A stretch of 64,000 bases of DNA from an uncultured Acidimicrobiia bacterium (lineage in GTDB: Bacteria; Actinomycetota; Acidimicrobiia; Acidimicrobiales; AC-14): the NCBI GenBank assembly GCA_963836205.1, contig CAWIIV010000006.1, positions 512,001-576,000 on the forward strand, given 5' to 3'. Numbering within the stretch: the first letter of the stretch is position 1; each line of letters begins with the position of its first letter. Both the position numbers and the translations under genes were made by a program. A model generated the notes under the pieces. That model searched no databases and was not told where the DNA came from. It was given only the letters and a program-made list of their open reading frames with translations. Below, in pieces: positions 42,054 to 53,003 of the stretch.

Positions 42054-45000
42054 TCAGGCCTGGCCGACCTGATAGCGGACCTGGACGCCGGCCGAGGGCA
42101 CGTTGGTCGCCGGGCAGTCGCCGGCCCGGTTGGAGGCGGTGGGGTTGCCGCCGTAGACCATCGCACCGGCCCGCACTCCCACCGGCCGCATGAAGTCGAC
42201 CTGTGCCCGCGGGTACTCGGCGCACTGGCGGGTGGAGAAGCCGGCCCACGACACGTAGGTGAGGGTCAGTGGGTAGGCGGTTCGCACCTGCGGGGCGGCC
42301 TGGATGGAACCGATGACCTTCTGGGCACCATTGGCCCAGTCGATCACCGTGGCCTGCCACAGCCCGTCGCGCACGTGGCCGGCGAGGAGCAGGTAGGCCC
42401 GGCCCGGCGCCCAGGAGTAGGGGATGCGGACCGTGTCGATCGCCCCGCTGGCCCGGGTGATGGAGAAGGAGGCGTAGCGCTGGTCACCCGCGATCGAGAG
42501 CGACAGCGTCGCCGTCGACACCAGCTCGGTGAAGGGGAACGTCACCGAGTAGCGGTAGTTCGGCACGGCCTGGCCCGGCTTGGCCGCGGGGGCGTTGACG
42601 GGGACGATCCAGTCGCCGACGCCGTCGAGGCTCTGGATCCCGGCGGGGAACGTCCAGACCGACATCGGGATCGCGAGGGCCTTGGACGACACCGTCACCG
42701 TCACCAGCCCGGTGGCCGGGGGACCGCTCCCGTCACCGACGACGTAGGAGAAGGCGTCGGCTCCCGAGAACTCGCCGTCGGGGCTGTAGAGGATGACGGC
42801 GCCGGCGATGGTGGCCGTTCCGTGAGGGGGATCGCTGACCGAGAGCAGCCGGAGAGGCCCATCGACGTCGGAGTCGTTCGCCAGCACCTCGACGTTGGTC
42901 GTCATGTTGACGCCCGTCGTGACGATGTCGGCGCCGGCCACCGTCGGGTCGTCGACCGCGGCCACGGTGACCGCCACCCCGCCGGTGCTGGTGGCCCCGG
43001 CCGCGTCCCGCACCTCGTAGCGGAACGAGCCCGGCCCGTTGAAATTGGCGCTGGGGACATAGGTCACGACGCCATCCGCACCGAGCGACGCGGTCCCGTG
43101 CACGACGTCGAAGACGCGGGTCACCTGGAAGGCGTCGCCCTCGGGGTCGTGGTCGTTGGCGGCCACGGTCACCGCGATCGAGGTGTCTTCGGGGGTCGTG
43201 ACCGCGTCGTCACCGGCACGGGGCGCGTCGTTGACCGGGGTGACGGTGACGTGCACCGTCGCCCGGCCCGTCCCCCCGTAGCCGTCGGCCAGGTCGTAGG
43301 TGAACGAGTCGGGGCCGTGGTAGTCGGCGGCCGGCGTGTAGGAGACCTTGGACCCGGCCTGGACGGCGGTAGCCGTGCCGTGGGCCGGGTTGGAGACGGC
43401 GGTCACCACCAGCGGGTCGCCGTCGGCGTCGGTGTCGTTGGCGAGGACGGTCGCGGTCACCGCGACGTCCTCGGCGGTGGTCACCGAGTCGTCGGCGGTG
43501 ACGGGGAGGCGGTTCTCGCCCCGTTCGATCGTCACGACGACCGTGGCCCGGTCGGTGCCGCCGTGCGGATCGGCGATGTCGTAGGTGAAGGCGTCGGAGC
43601 CGCCGAACCCGGGGTCGGGGGCGTAGGTCACCGTGCCCCCGGCCTGCATGGTTGCCGTGCCGTGGGGCGGGTCGGAGACCCCGGTGAGCACGAGGGCGTC
43701 CCCGTCGGGATCGGTGTCGTTGGCCAGGACTCCGACGACCGTGGTGCCGGCGGTGACCATCGAGTCGTCGACCGCGTCGGGCGCGGTGTTGTCCGCCGCC
43801 GCCGCGGTCGTGAGGAGCATCGAGGAGGCCCCGACGGGCAGCGACGGGGTGAAGTAGGAGTACTCCAGGCCGACGGTGCCGGTGCCGTTCTCGATACCGA
43901 TGGACGCCGACCCACCCCGTTCGAGGCTGTCGTCGGCGATGTTCCGGTAGTGGAACTCGATCTGACTCGACTGGTGGAGGACGACCTCGACGTCGACCCG
44001 CTTGGTCGAGTCGAGGTGGTAGCGCACGTTCCGCCACTCGATGGTGAAGGTGCGGTTGGGCTCGGCGCCCGCGACCTGGGTGCGCACGCTCGACGCGGCG
44101 TCGACGTACAGGTCGTCCCAGTACGGGAGGACCACCGCATTGGGGGCGGTCGGGCTGGGGATCCGCTGGTTGTTGTAGGCCGCGTTGGCCGAAGCGAAGC
44201 CGACCAGGCCGTTCGTCGAGACGTAGGCGGTGGAGTAGCTCGTCCCGTAGAGCCGGAAGGGGAACGGCAGCGGGACGGCGGTGACCGCGTCGCTCCCGGT
44301 GATCGAGACGGCGGTCCCGGCCTCGACGTACCCCGGCGGCCGGGCGGAGCACGTGTACCCGAACCCGTCGACCTTGGCCGCCACGGCCAGGTCCACCACC
44401 TCGTCGGCGTCCACCACCACCGGGTGCACGGCCGGAAGGTGACAGCCGGGAGGCGCCACCGAGAGCTCGTAGGACCCGTCGGGGACGCTGGCGAAGGCGT
44501 ACCCGCCGCCGGAGTCGGTGAGGACCGCGGCGATGGGCGTGGAGGCGATGGAGACCGTCGCCCCGCCCACGGCCACCCCCTGGCCGTCCCGGACGGTGCC
44601 GGACACCTGGTGGGAGGGTGCGGCGGCCAGGTCGAAGTCCACGACGCTCGTCCTCGTCGGCCACGACCACCACCGGCCTCGACTGCGTCACCCGGCCGAA
44701 GGCGCGGGCCGAGACCGCGTACGTCCCTGCCGGCAGCCACATCCCGTAGGTGCCGTCGGAGCCGGCCTGGGTGGCGTACGTCACCGGCCCCACCGCCTCG
44801 ACCACCGCACCGGGCACGTTCACCGACCCGTGGATCGTCCCCGCCGGGGTGCGGGCGAGGGTGACGGCGGCGAGCACGTCCAGGCGCCCCTCGCCCCACA
44901 CGCCGTTGTCGGCCGCGGTCCCGCCGCAGGCCAGGTCCGCCGTGTCGACCGCGGTCCGGTCGAGGAGGTCCCGGGTGAGGGCGATGTCGGAGACGAGGGC

Positions 45001-46314
45001 CGGGTTGGCCGACCACATGAGGGCCACCGCCCCCGCCACGTGCGGCGCGGCCATCGACGTCCCGTTCTTCGCCCCGTAGCCGCCACCCGGCACGCTGCTG
45101 CGCACGGCGACGCCGGGGGCGGCGATGTTGGGCTTCATGGTCGACCCCGACGCCGAGCCCCGGCTGGAGAAGCTGGCGATCACGCCGCTGGAGTCGTAGG
45201 CGCCCACCGAATAGCTGTTCACGTAGTCCCCCGGGGACCCCGAGCTTCCGCAGGTCGGCCCCGAGTTGCCGTTGGAGAAGACGGGGAAGATGCCGGCGGC
45301 TTCCCACGCGTTGACGATGTCCTGGAAGAACGAGCGCCCGCCGGCCCCGCCCCACGAGTTGTTGACGACGTTCGGCCTGAGGTCGGGCCGGGGGTTGTTC
45401 CCGTCCAGGTCGGTCGGGGCCATGATCCACTGCCCGGACGCCAGCAGCGACGTCTGGGTGCACGACGTGAACTCGCAGCCCTTGGCCGCCATCCATCGGG
45501 CTCCCGGGGCCACGCCCACCTGGTTGGCGCCGCCGAGCGCCCGGTCGTCGCCGACCATGGTGCCCATGGTGTGGGTGCCGTGCCCGTTGTTGTCGCACGG
45601 GGCCAGGGACGGGTTGCCGCACGTGTGCGAAGGGTCGTACCAGTTGTAGGCGTGGTCGAACGGGCCGCCCACGTTGCCCCGGTACTGGCCGACCAGCGCC
45701 GGGTGGGCGAAGTCGACCCCGGTGTCGATGTTGGCCACCACCACGCCTTCGCCCCGATCGGCGAACGTGGACCACACCGTTGGGGCGCCGATGGCGGCGA
45801 TGTTCCACTCGACCCCGTCGGTCGCGGCGGCGGGGGTCGCCGCCGGAGGAGCGAGCTCGTACGTGCGATCGGCGGTGACCTGCTCGACCTCCGGGTAGGC
45901 GGCCAGCTCGAGGACCAGGGCCAGGTCGCCGGTGACCCGGACGGTGTTCGAGATCCAGAAGGCGGTGTTCGGAATCCCCCGATCGTCGAGCAGGCGGAGC
46001 ACCCGGGCCTGGCTGGCGTCGGCGGTGTCCTGCAGCTCGGTGACCACCACCTCGCCCCGGTCCTCCCAGTCGTCGATCACCGGCGCCCGGTCGAGGTCGG
46101 CGTCGGCCCGGAACGTCACCCAGAAGTCGACCTCCTTGCCCGGCGGCTGGGCCAGGAGGGCGGCCTCCACCTTCGACAGATCGGCGGTGGAATCTTCGGC
46201 GCCGTGGGCCGCGGGGGAAACGCCGGCGAGGAGGCTGAGGACCAGGCCCGTGGCGAGGAGGATGCCGAAAGATCTGCGCGCCAGGAGGGGGCGGGCTCCG
46301 CCGATAGGACTCAT
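42054..46314 (-). CDS. Large secreted S8 subtilase with carboxypeptidase-regulatory-like and tandem Ig/cadherin-like domains (frameshift near 44645)
   Basis: NIDTGV, HGTHTMGT, GTSMAAPHVAG; repeats of the VLANDxDxDGDxL..P.HGT..YxP..F.G.D.F.Y type. Confidence 0.9.
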
Positions 46315-46362
46315 TGACCCGTCGTCGGCGCCCGGAAGCCGAAACCTGAGCCAACCTTCTGA

Positions 46363-47041
46363 CTACGGGCGCCCGACTCGACCGGACCGCAGCAGGTGGG
46401 CGGCCGCGACGGTCGCGGTGGCGCTGGCCGCGGTGTGGACGATCGCCGGTGCGCCCAACCCGCCGGTCACCAGCCGCAGCCAGCACAGCCCGGCACCGAC
46501 GACGGCCAGGCCGACGACGACGGTGCCGACGATCGCCGGACGGAGCGGGCCGGCCGTTGGTGGCCAGGGTGGCCCGCACGGGGACCACGTGCCACAGGCC
46601 GAACAGGGCCGACGACGCCACCACGGCCCACCCCCCGGGCACCAGCCGGTCGGCCAGGGCCAGCACCACCCCCCGGAAGGCGACCTCCTCCACCATCACC
46701 GTCCCCAACGGGATGCGGACGGCAGCCCGGTACGCAGTCCCCCACCGCCCGACGCCGGCCATGCGGCGGTCGGCGAAGAGGGAGCGGGTCGGGCCGAGCC
46801 GGCTGGCGAGCAGGACGATCACCACGACCACGCCGCCGACCGCGAACCCGGTACCGATCCCGGTGGCAGACAGTCCAAGCTCGTCCCGGCCGATGCCGGC
46901 CCACCCGGCCAGCCCCACCACGGCCGCGGTCGTGGTCAGGCAGGCGGGGACGTAGAACGCCGCCGGCAGCCGCTCGACGCCCACGTTGTGGACGGACAGG
47001 ACGGCGCCGGCGGCGATCGATGCCACCCAGACGTCGGTCAC
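46363..47041 (-). CDS. CPBP/CAAX intramembrane glutamic endopeptidase (frameshift near 46550)
   Basis: EEVAFRG, SSALFGLWH; the C-terminus in the shifted frame reads WLRLVTGGLGAPAIVH. Confidence 0.85.
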
Positions 47042-48393
47042 CCGCGGGCGCGGGCGGCCCCGGCACCCACCAGCCACCAGCCGGTGCCCAGCAGGCCGAG
47101 GGCGACCAGAGGCAGGCCGGCCGGCATCCCCGGGGCGGCGAACCCCCGCCGGGCGAGGAGGCCCATGGCGACGGTGATGGCGATGGCCGCGCCGACCGCC
47201 CGCCACCCGGCCACGGCCGAGGAGCGCACCCGGGCCGCCTCCACCCGGGCGAAGAGGGCGACCAGGGGCACCAGCGCCAGCGCCAGCAGGACCACCCATA
47301 CCGGGCGCCACGCCCACCAGGCGCCCGACCCCGCCTCGGGCGAGGGCAGCAGCCCCGCCGGCAGCACCGCCGCGGTGACGATCACCAGGGCGGTCAGGTG
47401 CCAGAGGTAGAGCGTCATCGCCATGCCGTTGGCGGCCACGACCGTGGTCCACACCCGGGGCCGGGCCAGCCAGCGGTCGACCACCGGCCGCAGGGCGAGG
47501 ACGGCGCCGAACTGCCACACGGCCAGGGCCACGATGGCGAACGACGGGGGGAACGTGTTGGTGCGGCCGGCCTCGATGCCGCCGACCATCGAGTCCGGGT
47601 AGCCGAACGACGACGTGAGCGCCACCAGGGTGCCGAGGCCTGCTGCGGCCACCCCCACCAGCCGGGCCCGTGACCATGTCGTCCCGGTCACCGATCCCGC
47701 CCGCCAGCCGACGCCGAGCTGGTGGGCGAAGAGCCACACCAGGCCCAGGTTGAGCCAGCCGACCATGGGCACCGCGAACCCCCAGCGGGCGATGTCGACG
47801 ACCAGGACCGCCGCCCCCAGGGCGACCGTGATCCCCCAGCCCCACCGCTGCTGGGCGGCCACCATGGCCGGGGCCGCGGCCACGACCACCACGTAGACGG
47901 CGAGGAACCACAGGGGCTGGGCGATCGACCCCGCCCGCAGGCCCTTGGGGTCGAGCCCGGCGGCGACCATCACGGCCGCGGCCGCCGTCCACACCACGGC
48001 GAAGGCCAGCACCGGGCGGACCAGGCGCCGGAGCCGGCTGCCGAGCCACGTCCCGTAGGTCACCTGGTTGCGGCGGGCCGCGGCGAGCGACGCCGCGTTC
48101 GAGAACCCGCCCACGATGAAGAAGACGGGCATGACCTGGAAGACCCAGGTCAGCCACCGAGCGGCGGGCGTGACCTCCAGGACGTTGGCGGTGTGGATCT
48201 GCCCGCCGGTCCAGACCACCACTGCCATGAGCCAGTGGCCGAGCATCACCACGACCAGCGACGCCACCCGGAGGAAGTCGACGTAGCGGTCGCGGGTCTT
48301 CGGGGTGGCGGCGGCCAGGTCCTTGGCGGACAGGGACGTCGCCGGGGTTGCTGCCGGGCGGGTGGCCGTCGAGCGGCTGAGGGTCGTGGTCAT
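47038..48393 (-). CDS. Acyltransferase-3 family membrane protein
   Basis: RDRYVDFLR, LGHW, FQVMPVFFIVGG, LWFLAVY, AMTLYLWH. Confidence 0.9.
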   Translation of the reverse strand: MTTTLSRSTATRPAATPATSLSAKDLAAATPKTRDRYVDFLRVASLVVVMLGHWLMAVVVWTGGQIHTANVLEVTPAARWLTWVFQVMPVFFIVGGFSNAASLAAARRNQVTYGTWLGSRLRRLVRPVLAFAVVWTAAAAVMVAAGLDPKGLRAGSIAQPLWFLAVYVVVVAAAPAMVAAQQRWGWGITVALGAAVLVVDIARWGFAVPMVGWLNLGLVWLFAHQLGVGWRAGSVTGTTWSRARLVGVAAAGLGTLVALTSSFGYPDSMVGGIEAGRTNTFPPSFAIVALAVWQFGAVLALRPVVDRWLARPRVWTTVVAANGMAMTLYLWHLTALVIVTAAVLPAGLLPSPEAGSGAWWAWRPVWVVLLALALVPLVALFARVEAARVRSSAVAGWRAVGAAIAITVAMGLLARRGFAAPGMPAGLPLVALGLLGTGWWLVGAGAARARG

Positions 48394-48522
48394 GCCCTCA
48401 TGGTCGGCCCCCGGTCGCCCCGGCCCCAGCCGGGTTGGCCCCCAGGGTCCCTGGGGTCGGGCCCCAGGCTTTGGGGGCGCCGCCGCGTGGCCGGGACGGC
48501 CACCGAGGCCGACAGTCGAACC

Positions 48523-50073
48523 ATGACCTCCCACCTGAACCTGGCCACCGTGCTGGCGGACTCCGCCGCCCTCCACCCTTCCCGCCCCGCCCTCGTGCTC
48601 GGCGACACCACCGTCGACTACGCCACGCTCGACACCTTCGCCCGCATGTTCGCCTCCGCCCTCGCCGACCTCGGCGTCCGCCCCGGCGAGCACGTCGCCC
48701 TCCTCCTTCCCAACGTCCCCCAGTTCACCGTCGCCTACTTCGGCGCCCACTACGCGGGAACGCCGGTCGTCCCCCTCAACGTCCTCCTCACCGCCGACGA
48801 GCTCGCCTACCACCTGGCCGACTCCGAGGCGACGGTTGTCGTGGCCTGGGACTCGTTCCTCGGCCCCCTGCAGGAGGCCGTCGCCCGGGTGGGCACCGTC
48901 CGCCACGTGATCGTGGCCCGGGCCGACCGGACCGACCTGTCCGCCCCCGACGGCTGCCACAACCTGGTCGCGCTCATGGCCCGGGCCACGCCCGTCGCCG
49001 CCCCCCACCCCACCGCCGCCGACGACACCGCCGTCGTCCTCTACACGTCGGGCACCACCGGCAAGCCCAAGGGGGCGGAGCTCACCCACGCCAACCTCCT
49101 GTCCAACGCCAAGGCCGCCGCCGGCCTGGTCGATCTCGACGAGAGCACCGTCGCCCTCGTCGCCCTCCCCCTGTTCCACGCCTTCGGGATGACGGTCATG
49201 CACAACGCGGTGCTGTCCGTCGGCGGCTCGCTCGTGCTCGTCCCCCGCTTCCACGCCCCGTCGGTGATCCAGCTCCTGCACCACCACCGGGTGACGTTCC
49301 TCGGCGGCGTCCCCACCATGTTCATGGCCCTGCTCGACGTCGACTCGTCCGCCGCCGACCTGTCGGCCCTGCGCTGGTGCGTGTCGGGCGGGGCGCCCAT
49401 GCCGGCGCCGGTGATGGCCGAGTTCGAGACCCGGTTCGGCGTGACCCTGCTCGAGGGCTACGGGCTGTCGGAGACGTCGCCCGCGGTCAGCTTCACCGTC
49501 CCCGACCGGCCCCGCACACCGGGATCCATCGGCTACCCGCTGCCCGGCGTCGACGTCCGCCTGGTCGACGATGGCGGCCTGGTCGTGACCACCCCGGACA
49601 CGCCGGGCGAGATCCAGGTGCGCGGTCCCAACGTCATGAAGGGCTACTGGCGCAACCCGGCGGCGACGGCCGAGGCGATCGTCGACGGCTGGTTCCGCAC
49701 CGGCGACATCGGGATGACCGACGCCGACGGCGCCCTGCGCATCGTCGACCGCAAGAAGGACCTCATCATCCGGGCCGGCTACAACGTCTACCCCCGGGAG
49801 GTCGAGGGCGTGCTCCACCTGCACCCGGCGGTCGCCCAGGCCGCGGTCGTGGGCGTGCCCGACGCCCGCCGGGGCGAGGAGGTCAAGGCGGTGATCACCC
49901 TCAAGCCGGGGACCACGGCCACGCCCACCGAGATCGTGGCCTTCTGCCGCACCCACCTGGCGTCGTACAAGTACCCCCGGCTGGTGGAGGTGCGGGACTC
50001 GCTGCCGCTCGGCCCCACCGGCAAGGTGCTCAAGTCGAGCGCTGCGGGCGTCGCCTGGCGCTCGTCGGCCTAG
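48523..50073 (+). CDS. Long-chain fatty acid--CoA ligase
   Basis: YTSGTTGKPKG, LPLFHAFG, EGYGLSETSP, GWFRTGD, DRKKDLII, GPTGKVLK. Confidence 0.93.
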   Translation: MTSHLNLATVLADSAALHPSRPALVLGDTTVDYATLDTFARMFASALADLGVRPGEHVALLLPNVPQFTVAYFGAHYAGTPVVPLNVLLTADELAYHLADSEATVVVAWDSFLGPLQEAVARVGTVRHVIVARADRTDLSAPDGCHNLVALMARATPVAAPHPTAADDTAVVLYTSGTTGKPKGAELTHANLLSNAKAAAGLVDLDESTVALVALPLFHAFGMTVMHNAVLSVGGSLVLVPRFHAPSVIQLLHHHRVTFLGGVPTMFMALLDVDSSAADLSALRWCVSGGAPMPAPVMAEFETRFGVTLLEGYGLSETSPAVSFTVPDRPRTPGSIGYPLPGVDVRLVDDGGLVVTTPDTPGEIQVRGPNVMKGYWRNPAATAEAIVDGWFRTGDIGMTDADGALRIVDRKKDLIIRAGYNVYPREVEGVLHLHPAVAQAAVVGVPDARRGEEVKAVITLKPGTTATPTEIVAFCRTHLASYKYPRLVEVRDSLPLGPTGKVLKSSAAGVAWRSSA

Positions 50074-51105
50074 CGGCTGCGGCCGTAGCGTTCGGCCCGG
50101 TTGCGGTGGCGGGCCAGGCCGGCGTCGACCAGCTCGTCGATGAGCTGGCGGTAGGGGACGCCCGTGGCCGCCCACATCTTGGGGTACATGGAGATCGGCG
50201 TGAAGCCGGGGATGGTGTTCACCTCGTTGAGCAGCAGCCCCCGGCCGTCCTCCTCGTAGAAGAAGTCGACCCGGGCCATGCCGTCGACCCGGAGGGCGGT
50301 GGCGGCGGCCACCGCCAGGCGGCGGACCTCGTCGGCCACCTCGGGCGGGAGGGGTGCCGGCACCAGCAGCTCGGCGGCCCCGTCGGCGTACTTGTCGTCG
50401 TAGTCGTAGAAGTCGTGGCTGGGACGGATCTCGCCCGGCACCGACGCCCGCAGCCGCCCGTAGCCGAGGACCCCGCACTCGATCTCCCGGGCGACGACGG
50501 CCTCCTCCACGACCACCCACTCGTCGTAGTCGAGGGCCAGCTTCACCGCGGTGGCCAGCTCGCCCATGTCGGTGGCCCGGGTCACGCCCACCGACGAACC
50601 CAGGTTGGCCGGCTTCACGAACACCGGCAGGCCGAGGTGGGCGGCGGCCCGGCCCATGGCGTCGGAGAACCCGTCCTCCAGGTCGACGTCGCGAAAGGCC
50701 AGGTGGCGGACCTGGGGCAGGCCGTGGGCGGCAGCCGCGTCCTTGGCCATGGCCTTGTCCATGCACAGGGCCGAGCCGAGGACCCCGGTGCCGACGTAGG
50801 GGACGCCCAGCATCTCCAGCAGGCCCTGGGCGGTGCCGTCCTCACCGAAGGGGCCGTGGAGGACGGGGAAGGCGACGGCCCCGGCGGGCAGGACCTCGCC
50901 CGGCTCGACCGTCGGGCCCCTCGGCGGCCAGGCGGTCGGCGGCGGCCTCCGCCCGCACCCACCGGCCATCGTGGGTGATCCCCACGGGGACGACGTCGTA
51001 GCGGTCGGGGTCGGCTGCGGCCAGGACGTGGGCCGCGGTCACGCACGACACGTCGTGTTCAGCCGACCGGCCGCCGAAGAGCAGGACGAGTCGAGTGGGG
51101 GCCAC
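50070..51105 (-). CDS. ddl: D-alanine--D-alanine ligase (frameshift near 50915)
   Basis: LFGGRSAEHDVS, FPVLHGPFGEDG, VKPANLGSSVG, FYDYDDKY, NEVNTIPGFT. Confidence 0.94.
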
Positions 51106-51127
51106 AGAGGTGCGAGTGTAGGAACCG

Positions 51128-52435
51128 ATGGAGCTCCAGGCGTCAGAGGTGGCCCGGGCCACGGGCGGGACCCTCGTCGGGCCCGACGTGGTCGTGCGGG
51201 GCGTGGCCATCGACTCCCGGCTGGTGGCGGGGGGCGAGCTGTTCGTCCCCGTCGTAGGCGTCCGGGACGGGCACGACTTCATCGCCACCGCCCTGGCCGC
51301 AGGGGCGGCGGCCTCCCTCACGTCCCGAGCCCCCCTGGAAGGCACCACCGCGGTCGTGGTCGACGACACCGGCGCCGCCCTCACCGCCCTCGGGCGGGCC
51401 GCCCGCGACCGCCTTCCCGACCGGGTGGTGGGGATCACCGGATCGGTGGGCAAGACGTCGACCAAGGACCTGCTGGCGTCGGTGTTCGCCCGCCGGCTGG
51501 TCACCGCGGCCAGCCCGAAGTCGTTCAACAACGAGCTGGGCGTGCCCCTGACCCTGGTCAACGCCCCCGCCGACACCGAGGTGGTCGTGGTCGAGATGGG
51601 CGCCCGGGGGCGGGGTCACATCGCCTCGCTGTGCGACGTTGCCCGGCCCACGGTGGGCGTCGTCACGACCGTGGGGATGGCCCACACCGAGCTGTTCGGG
51701 ACGGTCGAGGACGTGGCCGCGGCCAAGGCCGAGCTGGTGGAGAGCCTGCCCGAGGGGGGCACGGCCGTCCTCAACGCCGGCGTCCCCCTGGTGGCGGCCA
51801 TGGCCGCCCGCACCCGGGCGACGGTCCTCACCTTCGGGATGGGGTGCGGCGACGTGCGGGGCGACGTGCTGGGCGTCGACGGGTCGTTGCGGCCCTGCCT
51901 CGACCTCCAGACGCCGTGGGGCTCGACCGCCTTCTGGCTCCCGGTGCGGGGCGAGCACCAGGCCGCCAACGCAGTGGCGGCGGCCGCGGCCGCCCTGGCC
52001 TGCGGCGTCACCCTCACCCAGGTGGTGCAAGGGCTGCGGAACGCGACGCTCTCGGCGTGGCGGATGCAGCTCGACCTGGCCCCGTCGGGGGCGCTGGTGC
52101 TGAACGACGCCTACAACGCCAACCCGGTGTCGACGGAGGCCGCCCTGCGCTCGCTGGCCCAACTGCCGGTCGATCGGCGGACGGCCGTGCTCGGGATCAT
52201 GGCCGAGCTGGGCGACGCCGGCCCCGACGAGCACCGGCGCCTGGGCGCGCTGGCCGCCGAGCTGGGCCTGCGGGTGATCGCGGTGGCGGCCCCCGACTAC
52301 GGCGGCGAGCAGGCAGCCGACCCCGACGACGCCCTCCGCCTGCTGGGGCCGGTCGGCGCCGGTGACGGGGTGCTGGTCAAGGGCAGCCGGGCGGCCGGGC
52401 TGGAAGGGCTCGCCGGTAGGCTGGCCACCACGTGA
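51128..52435 (+). CDS. murF: UDP-N-acetylmuramoyl-tripeptide--D-Ala-D-Ala ligase
   Basis: IDSR, DGHDF, GITGSVGKTSTK, SFNNELGVP, NDAYNANP, LVKGSR. Confidence 0.95.
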   Translation: MELQASEVARATGGTLVGPDVVVRGVAIDSRLVAGGELFVPVVGVRDGHDFIATALAAGAAASLTSRAPLEGTTAVVVDDTGAALTALGRAARDRLPDRVVGITGSVGKTSTKDLLASVFARRLVTAASPKSFNNELGVPLTLVNAPADTEVVVVEMGARGRGHIASLCDVARPTVGVVTTVGMAHTELFGTVEDVAAAKAELVESLPEGGTAVLNAGVPLVAAMAARTRATVLTFGMGCGDVRGDVLGVDGSLRPCLDLQTPWGSTAFWLPVRGEHQAANAVAAAAAALACGVTLTQVVQGLRNATLSAWRMQLDLAPSGALVLNDAYNANPVSTEAALRSLAQLPVDRRTAVLGIMAELGDAGPDEHRRLGALAAELGLRVIAVAAPDYGGEQAADPDDALRLLGPVGAGDGVLVKGSRAAGLEGLAGRLATT

Positions 52436-52995
52436 GCAGCATCTACACGCGCACCGGCGACGACGGCACCACCGGCCTCCTCTACGGCGGACGGGTGCCC
52501 AAGGACCACCCCGCCCCCGCCGCCTGCGGCGACGTCGACGAGGCCCAGGCCGCCATCGGCATGGCCCGGGCGCTGGCCGGCGGGGCGGCGGGCGGCGACG
52601 GCGAGCTCGGAGGCCTCCTCGTCCGCCTCGAACGCGACCTGTGGGTGCTCATGGCCGAGCTGGCCACCGCCGCCGAGAACCGGTCCAAGCTCGCGGCCGG
52701 GCGGACCCTCGTCACCCCCGAGATGGTGTCCGCTCTCGAACCGCTCATCGACGACGTCACCGGCCGATTCCCCGCTCCCCGGGAGTTCGTGCTGCCCGGC
52801 CAGACGCCGCTGTCGGCCGCCCTCGACCTGGCCCGGGCCGTCGTGCGCCGGGCCGAGCGCACCGCCCTGGCCGCGGCAGCCGACGGTTCGCAGGTCGTCC
52901 CCTACCTCAACCGGCTGTCCGACCTGCTGTGGGCCCTCGCCCGCTGGCAGGAGGGCGAGCCGCTCCCCGCTCGCACCTTGAGAACGAAGGACTGA
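52432..52995 (+). CDS. PduO-type cob(I)alamin adenosyltransferase
   Basis: IYTRTGDDGTT, GDVDE, FVLPG, ARAVVRRAER, YLNRLSDLL. Confidence 0.93.
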   Translation: MSSIYTRTGDDGTTGLLYGGRVPKDHPAPAACGDVDEAQAAIGMARALAGGAAGGDGELGGLLVRLERDLWVLMAELATAAENRSKLAAGRTLVTPEMVSALEPLIDDVTGRFPAPREFVLPGQTPLSAALDLARAVVRRAERTALAAAADGSQVVPYLNRLSDLLWALARWQEGEPLPARTLRTKD

Positions 52996-53003
52996 CTGCC
53001 ACC

